64,000 bases of DNA from an uncultured Clostridia bacterium. Its GTDB lineage: Bacteria; Bacillota; Clostridia; Oscillospirales; CAG-272. Positions 56,266 to 64,000 of the stretch are shown piece after piece. The notes below the pieces were generated by a model. It did not search any database. It saw only the letters and a program-made list of their open reading frames with translations, and was not told the DNA's origin. Positions within the stretch are counted from its first letter, which is position 1. Every line of letters starts with the position of its first letter. The translations under genes and the position numbers were made by a program. The stretch lies in assembly GCA_944391805.1 (NCBI GenBank), contig CALXUY010000081.1, positions 5,914 to 69,913 of the forward strand, written 5' to 3'.

Positions 56266-57738
56266 TCAGATATCGATTTCATCCGGCGAATACATCCGCC
56301 GTCCGGCGTTCTCCCGCGCCCCGCCGGAGGCAGGATCGGATTGCCGCCCCGACGGCCCTTCCTCTCCCGCCGCGGCTGTGCCCCGATGCGCTTCACCCCG
56401 CGAGTGGTCTGCCTCATCGTCCTCAACCGGCCGGAGCGTCACCGCGCTGCCCACCACCTGCTCAAAGGTGGCGTCGGGATTCTGCATCAGAATGTTGAGC
56501 ACGGTCATATAGTCCCGCAGCATCTCGCGCGGGGTGATCATGCTGTCGGCTCCGGCACGACTCAAGCAGATCTGCAGAAACTGCGCCATCTGCTCGGGCG
56601 AGAGATCGGGGGCGCTCCCGTAATTCTGCGCGTACAGACGGGTGACCCGGGTGATCAGCGCAAACAGCTCGTCGTCCGAAAGCCTGCGCAGGCGGATCAC
56701 CGGTCCGATCAGATTTTTGAACCCGTCCAGCGCAAACCGGCTGTCACAGAGCCGGCTGCGCAGCGCCTCATAGCTGAACAGCCCGCGCCGGGTGTCCTCA
56801 AGAAACTGCGGCGTGCCCCCCAGAATCAGCGCCAGCCCCGGCGCCCGCCCCTGCAGGGTGTCGTTGAACATGGCGAGAATTTTCTCATAGTTGTTCTCCC
56901 GGCTGACCCGGTGGGAAATTTTGTAGAGGTTGACGCACTCGTCGATGAACACCACCAGCCCGCGGTACCCCATCGTGCGCGCCGCGGCGGCCCAGAGCTT
57001 GAGAAAATCGTACCAGTTCTCATCGTCGATGATGACCGATACCGCAAAGCCAAGCTCCTGCCTTGCCTCGGTTTTGGTGGAAAATTCCCCGCGCAGCCAG
57101 CGCAGGCAGGCGCTCTTGCGCAGGTCGTCCCCATCGGTGTATGCCCGGTAGTAGGCGGTCACCACGTGCGCAAAATCAAAGCCGCCCACCAGAAACTCCA
57201 GCTCCTGCAGCGCGGAGAGCACCCGGCGGTTCAGCTCGGCGGCAAACCGCTCCCCCTCGGCGGGGACGCCGTCCGACACAATGGCCGCCTGCAGCCCGGT
57301 GATCCAGCGGGCGAGAATTTTGGGCAGCGCGCCGCCGTCCGGCGAGGATTTGGAGGCGAGATTTTTCATCAGCTCGCGGTAGGTGGCCACACCGCTGCCC
57401 CCGCTGCCGTACAGCCTGCGCTCGGGCGAGAGATCGGCGTCCGCCGTCAGAAAGCCGCGCTCCAGCGCATACCCGCGGATGAGCTGCATCAGAAAGCTCT
57501 TTCCGCTGCCGTACCGCCCGATGAGAAAGCGCATCGAGCCTCCCCCCTCGTTGACCGTTTCGAGATCCGAGAGCAGCGCGGCAATTTCGTCGGTGCGCCC
57601 GATGGCAAGATAGGGCGCGCCCGCGCGTGGGACCACCCCGGCAGAGACCGAGGCGAGCAGGGATGTCAGGATCCGCTTCGGAACCTTGGGAATTTCGTTC
57701 TGATCGGTTTGTTCCATCAAAATGCAGTCTCCTTTCAT
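56266..57738 (-). CDS. DUF2791/BrxD-like P-loop ATPase (Shango SngB-like)
   Basis: Walker A GRYGSGKSFL and Walker B-like VVFIDE. The N-terminal segment VVPRAGAPYLAIGRTDEI is typical of DUF2791. The ATG at 57738 overlaps the upstream stop as ATGA. Alternative starts at 57720 or 57717 lie downstream of an internal AAAGGAG. Confidence 0.8.
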   Translation of the reverse strand: MKGDCILMEQTDQNEIPKVPKRILTSLLASVSAGVVPRAGAPYLAIGRTDEIAALLSDLETVNEGGGSMRFLIGRYGSGKSFLMQLIRGYALERGFLTADADLSPERRLYGSGGSGVATYRELMKNLASKSSPDGGALPKILARWITGLQAAIVSDGVPAEGERFAAELNRRVLSALQELEFLVGGFDFAHVVTAYYRAYTDGDDLRKSACLRWLRGEFSTKTEARQELGFAVSVIIDDENWYDFLKLWAAAARTMGYRGLVVFIDECVNLYKISHRVSRENNYEKILAMFNDTLQGRAPGLALILGGTPQFLEDTRRGLFSYEALRSRLCDSRFALDGFKNLIGPVIRLRRLSDDELFALITRVTRLYAQNYGSAPDLSPEQMAQFLQICLSRAGADSMITPREMLRDYMTVLNILMQNPDATFEQVVGSAVTLRPVEDDEADHSRGEAHRGTAAAGEEGPSGRQSDPASGGARENAGRRMYSPDEIDI

Positions 57739-59951
57739 GGGACGGACGGGCTCCACCCGTCCAGCAGATGGCGGTATTCTTCAAGCACGCGGTAGCCGTC
57801 GCCGACGTCCTCCAGCAGGATGTCGCCGGTCCGGTCGGCCGCCAGCTCATTGATCTCATCCGCCACCGCGTCGGGCAGCCTGCCCAGTTTGGCAGCCTCC
57901 GAACGCTGCGCGCCGGAATCCTCGCGCAGCACCGCCTCCAGAAACGCGCGGTACAGAGACAGGGCATCACACAGCCCGGCTTCGGGCATGGTCTGCGACC
58001 CCTGCGGTGGGGACGCCTCCGGTGTGGAAGCCTTCCGTACAGACACCTCCGGGGAAACGGCACGGTCCGGCACACCCGTCACAGACGGCGTGACCATGCT
58101 GGACACCGGCCCGTGTACGGCTTCCGGAGCGGTTTCCGGAACGGTTTCCGACGCAGATGCCGAACCGGGCACGGACTCCTCCCTGCCGGGCGCGCCGGCA
58201 GTCCCCGCCCCTGTCATGGGGGGCACCTGCGATGCGGACGATGGCTCGGCCTGCCGTTCCCCCTCCTCCGCAAACGCCTCCACCAGCTTCTGCGTGGTGT
58301 TCCACGACAGGCGCTCAATATCGGCGGCGTTGGAGAAGCTCAGGGGCGTTTCCGGCAAATCGTAGAGACGCTCGTATGCCGGTATTTCCTGTTTTCTGTT
58401 TGCGGTTTGCTTTGCCGGGAGCAGCTCTGCGACGGCCGCGTCGATGCGTTCCCGCAGCCTGACCGGCAGCGCATAAATGGTGAGCCTCGAGCGCACGCCG
58501 AGCCAGGCGCGGAGCTTGTTTTCGGTATACTTGACAATATCGGTGATGAGAAAGCGCAGCTCGTGCGAGCGCGAGAAGGAGCAATAGGAAATTTCGATCT
58601 TTCGCTTGACGCGCCAGGAGCAGAGCGCCCCGGAGTAGGCATCCCGGGTCAGGCGGCTGTCATCCATTCCGGAAGCCGAAAACAGCCTGCCCGATTCGCT
58701 GAGCAGCTCTGTCGCCTGCCGGAGCACCGCCGCCACGGTACGGTCAAACAGCTCCCAGTTCTCTGGGGTGCAGAATTTGCTCTTTCTGTAATCGTAATTG
58801 CAGCAAAAGGCGAGCAGCACCTGTACATAGCCGTCCGCTGCACCGCCGCTCACATAAAACTCCCTGAGCGCGCAATGCTGCATGATCTGTGCCAGCAGCT
58901 CACCGCCCAGGCAGGCGGGCGAGGACAGATGGTGTACCAGACTGTAGTCGCAGATCCACTCGGGCAGATAGTTGTCAAGCTGCCGGAAGCGCTCCCGATA
59001 GCCGGACCAGATGCCGCAGAGCAGCTCCTGCCCCCTGTCCGGGGAAATGCGGTCGGACAGATTGAGGATTTCATAAACCAGCAGCAGCACATAGCTGTAG
59101 TCGGTATCCGGAAAGCTGCCCTCCCGGATGCACTCCCGGAGATGCAGATACCATGCAAGCTGTTGGGGGTTCATCTGCGAATACTGCGGAACGTAGGAAA
59201 AAAACGGGACGCGCTCACATCGCTGCCCGCATTCCCCGAGCAGCTTTTCGGCCGTTCTGACAAACTCCTCATAATACGGATACCGGCTTTTCCAGCGGAA
59301 AATGCGCACCCGGTGAATCAACGCGCTGTCAGGGACGTATTCATCGTCGGGCTGTGGCGCGTTCGCCGCGTCCTCGGCCGTGTGCGGATACACATACCCG
59401 TGAATGACCGGCTGCCCGCCGGAGGCCGAAACCGTGTGGACAACGGTGCGGGCCGCCCGCGGTGCAGGCTGCTCCTGCGATCCGGGAGCCACCGGCATAT
59501 CCCGCGGCACAGGTGAACCGGCAGATGCGGGAGGCACCGGCGGTACAGGAGGCACCGACGGTACAGGAGGCACCGGCGGTACAGGAGGCATCGGTGGTAC
59601 GGGAGGTACGGGCGGTACCGATGGCGCCGCCGATTCTGAGCGGGCGGCCGCTCCTTTTGGGCGCGGCCGAGAAGTCCGCCCGGACATGCCGGAATGCCCG
59701 CCCGGAACCGGCGCAACCCGTGCTGTCGGATCGGAGATTCTGTCCGGTGCCGGAATCGGCGCCGGATGCACAATATCCTCATCCTCCTGTCCGGAGCCAG
59801 GCAGAGGCTCCAGTACGATTTCCGTCGTGTCGGTATGCTCACTCCGCCTCACCGGACGCCTGGGCGGAAGCAGCGCGTCAATATCCCAGAACCGGTCCAG
59901 CTCTTCTTCCCTTCTCTGCCGGTCTGTCTGCTTCGGTTCGATCTCTCCCAC
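57735..59951 (-). CDS. TerB-N plus TerB-C domain protein with a Pro-rich repeat linker (Shango SngA-like)
   Basis: TerB-N-like core: FFSYVPQYSQMNPQQLAWYLHLRECIREGSFPDTDYSYVLLLVYEILN. TerB-C-like end: LPDAVADEINELAADRTGDILLEDVGDGYRVLEEY. The start is uncertain: GTG 59951, GTG 59852 and GTG 59771 are candidates. The first 20 codons of the tracked ORF are actually the promoter. Confidence 0.7.
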   Translation of the reverse strand: MGEIEPKQTDRQRREEELDRFWDIDALLPPRRPVRRSEHTDTTEIVLEPLPGSGQEDEDIVHPAPIPAPDRISDPTARVAPVPGGHSGMSGRTSRPRPKGAAARSESAAPSVPPVPPVPPMPPVPPVPPVPSVPPVPPVPPASAGSPVPRDMPVAPGSQEQPAPRAARTVVHTVSASGGQPVIHGYVYPHTAEDAANAPQPDDEYVPDSALIHRVRIFRWKSRYPYYEEFVRTAEKLLGECGQRCERVPFFSYVPQYSQMNPQQLAWYLHLRECIREGSFPDTDYSYVLLLVYEILNLSDRISPDRGQELLCGIWSGYRERFRQLDNYLPEWICDYSLVHHLSSPACLGGELLAQIMQHCALREFYVSGGAADGYVQVLLAFCCNYDYRKSKFCTPENWELFDRTVAAVLRQATELLSESGRLFSASGMDDSRLTRDAYSGALCSWRVKRKIEISYCSFSRSHELRFLITDIVKYTENKLRAWLGVRSRLTIYALPVRLRERIDAAVAELLPAKQTANRKQEIPAYERLYDLPETPLSFSNAADIERLSWNTTQKLVEAFAEEGERQAEPSSASQVPPMTGAGTAGAPGREESVPGSASASETVPETAPEAVHGPVSSMVTPSVTGVPDRAVSPEVSVRKASTPEASPPQGSQTMPEAGLCDALSLYRAFLEAVLREDSGAQRSEAAKLGRLPDAVADEINELAADRTGDILLEDVGDGYRVLEEYRHLLDGWSPSVP
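59529..59625 (-). repeat. In-frame 18 nt tandem repeat encoding (PPVPPV)n in the TerB-N/C protein
   Basis: The plus strand shows about 5 copies of GGAGGCACCGGCGGTACA with variants. It translates on the minus strand as VPPVPPVPPMPPVPPVPPVPSVPPVPPVPP. Confidence 0.85.
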
Positions 59952-59982
59952 CCCCCTTCCGGTTATGCTCTCCGAATATTTT

Positions 59983-60011
59983 ATTATACCATGTATCCGG
60001 CTGCTTGTCAA
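59983..60011 (-). promoter_or_regulatory. Consensus extended -10 promoter of the three-gene TerB/ATPase/helicase operon
   Basis: On the minus strand: TTGACA (60011-60006), exactly 17 nt, then TGgTATAAT (-10 at 59988-59983). Confidence 0.65.
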
Positions 60012-60020
60012 TCGGTTTTT

Positions 60021-60071
60021 GGAAAAAACAGTCCGCCCCAGACCCGTTGATCCTCTGCGGGCCTGAGGCGG
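60021..60071 (-). terminator. Intrinsic terminator of the kdgK-eda operon, insulating it from the downstream operon
   Basis: On the minus strand: CCGCCTCAGGCCCG, an 11 nt loop, then CGGGTCTGGGGCGG, followed by ACTGTTTTTTCC. Confidence 0.65.
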
Positions 60072-60099
60072 AGCATATGTATGAAGTCCGATCGGTGAA

Positions 60100-61119
60100 T
60101 CAGCGCTGCACCCTGCCGTTGGCGCTGCCGTTTGCCAGCGACAGCACCTCCCTGGCGGAGAGCGGACTGCTGTCCCCCTCCACCGAGTGCTTCAGACAAC
60201 TGGCAGCCGCTGCGAAGGATACGGCCTCCTGCGTGGAAAAGCCCTCGCGCAGCGCATAGATCAGCCCGGCGGCAAAGGCGTCCCCTCCGCCGATGCGGTC
60301 GACGATGTCCATCCGGTACTTCACCGATGTGCAGAGCGCTTCCCCATCATAGAGCTTGGCGCAGAAGCTGTTGTCCTCGGCCGAAAAGGTTCTGCGCTCC
60401 GCAATGGCGACATACCGCAGACCGTGGTTCTTTTGCAGCTCATGAGCGAGAAAGAGATAGCCGCGGTCGGTGACGTCATCCCCGTTGATTTCGGTCTGCG
60501 GAATCCGGATATCCATCAGATCGGCAGCCTGATTCTCGTTGGTGATGAGCACATCCACATAGGGGAGAATGCGCCGCATATATGCCGCAGCATCCGAGAG
60601 GCTCCAGAGCTTGGCGCGATAGTTGGGATCAAACGAGACGGTCAGCCCCTTCTCCTTTGCCGTCCGGCAGGCAGACAGGCAGATGTCCGCCAGCTCCGGG
60701 CTGAGTGCGGGAGTGATACCGGTGAGGTGAAACCAATCCGCCCCCGCAAACACGGCCGGCCAATCAAACTCCCCGGCAGAGGCCTGCGCAATGGCCGAAT
60801 GCGCGCGATCGTACACTACGTTGGAGGGGCGCTGCGAGGCGCCGCGTTCCAGATAATACACCCCCAGGCGCTCGCCGCCGCGCACGATATTCCCGGTTTG
60901 CACTCCCCAGCGCCGCAGGCTGTTGAGCGCCGCCTGCCCCAGGTCGTTCGCCGGCAGCTTGCTGACAAACTCGGCCTGCGTACCGAGGCAGCAAAGAGAC
61001 ACCGCCACGTTCGCCTCGGCGCCGCCGTAGGCGGCCTCAAAGGACTCTGCCTGCACCAGCTTCCGGTAGCCCGGCGGGGTCAGGCGAAGCATCAGCTCTC
61101 CAAACGTCACCACTCTCAT
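60100..61119 (-). CDS. kdgK: 2-dehydro-3-deoxygluconokinase (PfkB family sugar kinase)
   Basis: 339 aa. PfkB motifs are GGAEANVAV near the N-terminus and DRIGGGDAFAAGLIY near the C-terminus. The start overlaps the eda stop as ATGA. Confidence 0.85.
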   Translation of the reverse strand: MRVVTFGELMLRLTPPGYRKLVQAESFEAAYGGAEANVAVSLCCLGTQAEFVSKLPANDLGQAALNSLRRWGVQTGNIVRGGERLGVYYLERGASQRPSNVVYDRAHSAIAQASAGEFDWPAVFAGADWFHLTGITPALSPELADICLSACRTAKEKGLTVSFDPNYRAKLWSLSDAAAYMRRILPYVDVLITNENQAADLMDIRIPQTEINGDDVTDRGYLFLAHELQKNHGLRYVAIAERRTFSAEDNSFCAKLYDGEALCTSVKYRMDIVDRIGGGDAFAAGLIYALREGFSTQEAVSFAAAASCLKHSVEGDSSPLSAREVLSLANGSANGRVQR

Positions 61120-61712
61120 TTCAGTACCTCCAGAATCCGGCGGCAGTTCTGCCGGATATCGCCCTTCATCATAAAGCTGCCTCCCACCGCCGCAATGCAG
61201 CCACAGTCCAGAAATTCACGCAGATTGTCAAAATCCACGCCGCCCGTGGGCAAAAACCGGACCTGCGGAAAGGGTGCGGACAGCGCCTTGATGGCGGCAA
61301 GCCCCCCGTAAACATTGGCCGGGAAAAACTTGACCGTGGTAATGCCGAGGCCGATGGCCTGCATGATTTCGGTCGGCGTCGCACACCCCGGCAAATAAAG
61401 CACGCCGGCCTGCCGGGCGATTTCGGCCACCTCCGCGGAAAGCCCGGGCGATACGAGGAAGGCGGCACCGGCTTCGAGCGCTTGCTGCGCCTGCGCAGCG
61501 TTGATAACGGTTCCCGCTCCGATGTACATTCTGGGAAAATGCCTGACTCCCAGCCGGATGGCCTCGGCGGCGCATGGGGTGCGGAAGGTGATTTCCGCAG
61601 CGGGAATGCCCCCCTCCTCGAGCGCCTGCAGGGTTGGGATCGTATCCTCCGGATTGCGGATGACCACCACGGGCAAAACCCGGATCGTCTCCGGCAGCGA
61701 TGATTGGTTCAT
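61116..61712 (-). CDS. eda: KHG/KDPG aldolase (2-dehydro-3-deoxy-phosphogluconate aldolase)
   Basis: 198 aa with EITFRTPCAAEAI, GAGTV and KFFPA motifs typical of Eda. Confidence 0.85.
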   Translation of the reverse strand: MNQSSLPETIRVLPVVVIRNPEDTIPTLQALEEGGIPAAEITFRTPCAAEAIRLGVRHFPRMYIGAGTVINAAQAQQALEAGAAFLVSPGLSAEVAEIARQAGVLYLPGCATPTEIMQAIGLGITTVKFFPANVYGGLAAIKALSAPFPQVRFLPTGGVDFDNLREFLDCGCIAAVGGSFMMKGDIRQNCRRILEVLK

Positions 61713-61964
61713 AGTTGTTTCCTTTCTGTTTCCCGGTCAGCCGGGGTCTGTCCTTCTACATACAACATTATACCGCAAAAACGCGGTTTGTCAAGACCTT
61801 CCTGCCGAAAATCGGCCGAATCCAATCGGAAATTCGCCTCGAATGCACCGGACAAACGCAATGCCAGCCGCAATGCCCGGTTGCTTGACCCGGGAGCAGA
61901 AGTAAACGGAACAGGGCGCAAGCAGTTGGCTTGCGCCCTGTTTGAGGCAGCAATGATTGCCGGA

Positions 61965-62594
61965 TTACTTTCTGACCACGCTGATACGCTGACCAATGTG
62001 GCCTCCCTTGACAATTTCGTCCACCATGGCAATGGCATAGTCCGCATAGCTGATGACGCTCTCTCCCCGGTCATTCAGAGTAAGTTCCTCTCCGCCGAGC
62101 AGATAGCCGCCTGTTCTTTCTCCGTCCGCCTGAAAATCGCACGCAGGGCTGATAAATGTCCATGCGACATCTTTACGTTCACGCAAATCGGCCAATGCCT
62201 TTCCCTGCGCCTTTGCCAAAGGCAGATACTCTGCCGGAAAGTCCGGCCCGTCGGATACAACGGCAGTATGCGCCTTATTTACATACAGGCTGCCGGCTCC
62301 GCCGACCACAATCAGCCGTTTCTCCGTACCGGAGAGGATATCGCAAAGATGCATAAGCGATTTGCTGTGCAACGGAAGCTGTTCTTCCATCCACACACCA
62401 AAAGCGTCCACAACCACATCGAAAGGCTCCAGATCCTTTGCGGTCAAATCAAACAAATCCTTGCAAAGATACTGTTTGGCCGCGGTTTGGTTCTCCCCCT
62501 TCGCAATGGCGGTAACATCCAGCCCTCTGCCCACAGCCTCTTTCACTACCAGTTTTCCAACTCTTCCGTTTGCGCATACAACTGCTACTTTCAT
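61965..62594 (-). CDS. NAD(P)H-binding (NmrA/atypical SDR-like) protein
   Basis: 209 aa. Rossmann N-terminus MKVAVVCANGRVGKLVVKEAVGRG. Confidence 0.75.
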   Translation of the reverse strand: MKVAVVCANGRVGKLVVKEAVGRGLDVTAIAKGENQTAAKQYLCKDLFDLTAKDLEPFDVVVDAFGVWMEEQLPLHSKSLMHLCDILSGTEKRLIVVGGAGSLYVNKAHTAVVSDGPDFPAEYLPLAKAQGKALADLRERKDVAWTFISPACDFQADGERTGGYLLGGEELTLNDRGESVISYADYAIAMVDEIVKGGHIGQRISVVRK

Positions 62595-62616
62595 AATTCT
62601 ATCCTCCGCATATTTA

Positions 62617-62637
62617 TTGTAATCTTTTTAATTACAA
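62617..62637. promoter_or_regulatory. Inverted repeat TTGTAAT-N7-ATTACAA (candidate Rrf2 operator downstream of the NmrA-like gene promoter)
   Basis: A perfect 7 bp dyad 23 nt upstream of the ATG at 62594. Its half-site is related to the 20 nt repeats at 62659 and 63209. Confidence 0.45.
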
Positions 62638-62658
62638 CAATAGTATATCACAGTTTTG

Positions 62659-62678
62659 TTGTAATGTCAATAGTTACA
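62659..62678. promoter_or_regulatory. 20 nt operator-like repeat, copy 1, overlapping the -35 of the NmrA-like gene promoter
   Basis: TTGTAATGTCAATAGTTACA is identical to 63209-63228. It contains the dyad TGTAA-N9-TTACA and, on the minus strand, the TTGACA of a TTGACA-17-TATACT promoter. Confidence 0.55.
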
Positions 62679-62733
62679 TCAAACTTTTTGGCGGGAATAT
62701 TATACGAATTTGCAGTCTGTACAAACTGTATTT

Positions 62734-63159
62734 TTATTGAATAGAGCTGTATTCTACCGCCAGATCGGCAAGAGTCACGCTGCGTAAGGACTGCTCCATG
62801 GCAAGCTGTGCATCCGCCAGGTGTTTGTCCAGCAAGGCGTGAATATTTTTTCCGACCGGGCAGTCGGGATTGGGATTCTCGTGAAAGTGAAACAACTCCC
62901 CCTCCACACAATCCACCGCGCGATAGACGTCGTACAGGGTGATCTCCCCGAGCGGCTTCGCAAGAGTTGCTCCCCCGCTCCCTGCCTTGACCTCCACAAA
63001 ACCAGCAGCCTTCAGGCTTTGCAGGGTGCGGCGGATAATGACGGGATTGACGTTGACGCTGGACGCGATCAGCTCCGAGGTCATTTTGTATTGCTGCCCC
63101 AGAATGTGGATCGCCAGCAGGGTATGCACCGCCACTGTAAATCTTGACGTAATCTTCAT
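62734..63159 (-). CDS. Rrf2-family transcriptional regulator
   Basis: 141 aa. N-terminal wHTH region MKITSRFTVAVHTLLAIHILGQQYKMTSELIASSVNVNPVIIRRTLQSLKAAGFVE. Cys residues (C-x...C) lie in the C-terminal half. Confidence 0.85.
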   Translation of the reverse strand: MKITSRFTVAVHTLLAIHILGQQYKMTSELIASSVNVNPVIIRRTLQSLKAAGFVEVKAGSGGATLAKPLGEITLYDVYRAVDCVEGELFHFHENPNPDCPVGKNIHALLDKHLADAQLAMEQSLRSVTLADLAVEYSSIQ

Positions 63160-63208
63160 TTTGTTTGCCTCCGTTCATTCTCTTCCCTTTGATTATAGCA
63201 AAATTAAA

Positions 63209-63228
63209 TTGTAATGTCAATAGTTACA
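63209..63228. promoter_or_regulatory. 20 nt operator-like repeat, copy 2, overlapping the -35 of the Rrf2 gene promoter (autoregulation site)
   Basis: TTGTAATGTCAATAGTTACA. On the minus strand it embeds the TTGACA of a TTGACA-17-TATAAT promoter upstream of the Rrf2 ATG at 63159. Confidence 0.55.
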
Positions 63229-63309
63229 ATTAAAATTCTCTCAAAAAACTGGGAAAAGGCTCTCCGCGGAATTGCGGAAGAGCCTTTTGCCTGCGGCCGG
63301 ATGCCCGGT

Positions 63310-64000
63310 TCAGTGCCGGTCGAATTCCATGGTCATCTGGGAAGCCAGCGCGCTGCGGTGCTTTTCCATCAGATTCTGGATGCGCTTGACCGGATTGAGC
63401 AGAGCGCTGATGGTGTCGTCATTGTTCAGGGAATCGATCAGATAGGCGACATATTTGCACATGTTCACCTCCACGTACCAATCTCTGGTCAGCAGCTCGG
63501 GGCGGCGGTATACCAGATTGGTGGTGAACACCTTGTCAAACACCCCGGCCTTTGCGGCCTGATCGAACTTGTCCAGCCCGTCGGTGAACAGGCCGAAGGT
63601 GGCGAAACAGAACACCCGGTTTGCGCCGATTTCCCGGAGCTGCTTGCAGACGTCGATCATCGATTCTCCGGAGGAGATCATATCGTCCACAATAATCACA
63701 TCCTTGCCGTGGAGATCCTGCCCGAGATACTCGTGCGCCTCGATGGGATTGCGGCCGTTGATGACAACCGAATAGTTGCGGCGCTTGTAGAACATGCCGA
63801 TGTCCAGCTCCAGCACCGAGCTGTAGTACATGCAGCGCGACATGGCGCCCTCATCCGGGGAGATGATCGCCATGTGATCCTTGTCGATCTGCACGTCGGG
63901 CACGGCGCGGACCAGCGCCTTGATCATCTGATAGGTGGGCTGCACATTGTCAAAGCCGGCAAGCGGGATGGCGTTGCTGATGCGCTGGTCGTGCGCATCG
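63310..64000 (-). CDS. prs: Ribose-phosphate pyrophosphokinase (PRPP synthetase), C-terminal part; the gene continues beyond the window
   Basis: PRPP-binding loop DVIIVDDMISSGESM. The reading frame stays open to position 64000 (upstream residues ...DAHDQRISNAIPLAGFDN). Confidence 0.85.
   Translation of the reverse strand, partial: DAHDQRISNAIPLAGFDNVQPTYQMIKALVRAVPDVQIDKDHMAIISPDEGAMSRCMYYSSVLELDIGMFYKRRNYSVVINGRNPIEAHEYLGQDLHGKDVIIVDDMISSGESMIDVCKQLREIGANRVFCFATFGLFTDGLDKFDQAAKAGVFDKVFTTNLVYRRPELLTRDWYVEVNMCKYVAYLIDSLNNDDTISALLNPVKRIQNLMEKHRSALASQMTMEFDRH

Noticed and set aside
54011-60011. Interpretation as a BREX (type 2) locus, because BrxD-like and BrxHI-like genes are present.
   Set aside because: No PglX methyltransferase, PglZ phosphatase, PglW kinase or BrxA/B/C genes occur in or next to the operon within this window. 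The third gene is a TerB-N/C protein, which fits the Shango-type triad instead.
1-64000. Search for mobile elements, prophage genes, integrases, tRNA or rRNA genes and toxin-antitoxin pairs.
   Set aside because: No transposase, integrase or recombinase motifs were recognised. No phage structural genes or T-loop-containing tRNA-like sequences were seen either. The only inverted-repeat-bounded segment (33670-34152) encodes no protein.

Overview
The window looks like a high-GC chromosomal segment from a Clostridia-like Firmicute; the taxon is inferred from gene content and synteny. Most of it is housekeeping genes, mainly on the minus strand. These include an ABC-F ATPase, two D-Ala-D-Ala carboxypeptidases, a DUF134/reverse-rubrerythrin/BFD operon and a T-box-controlled Na+/solute symporter. 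They also include a MurJ/SpoVB-like flippase with mazG, mtaD, the hemZ-dtd-relA-recJ block, cdaA, pncB/nadE, ktrBA, secA, trmL, kdgK-eda, an Rrf2 regulon and prs. No rRNA, tRNA, CRISPR array, transposase or integrase was recognised. Four regions stand out. (1) 54011-60011 (-) holds an insulated three-gene operon: a TerB-N/TerB-C protein, a DUF2791/BrxD-like ATPase and an Lhr/BrxHI-like helicase. This is the architecture of the Shango anti-phage system, whose mechanism is unknown. (2) 33560-34258 is a roughly 700 nt non-coding tract between convergent genes, packed with short stem-loops. Four of them share a conserved single-base bulge and occur in both orientations, and the array is bracketed by two copies of a 28 nt hairpin that differ by a compensatory change. 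(3) 35311-47437 is an island of five ABC exporter genes, including an ABC-DUF1854-ABC operon. That operon is preceded by an (AACCAG)n hexanucleotide repeat, and codon bias there favours a 56 aa Asn/Gln-rich small ORF over the annotated acidic N-terminal extension. (4) Two c-di-AMP-related oddities: cdaA is followed only by a 68 aa membrane-anchor remnant of CdaR, and ktrBA has a long leader. Many long antisense ORFs in the six-frame track are shadows of GC-rich genes and were rejected.
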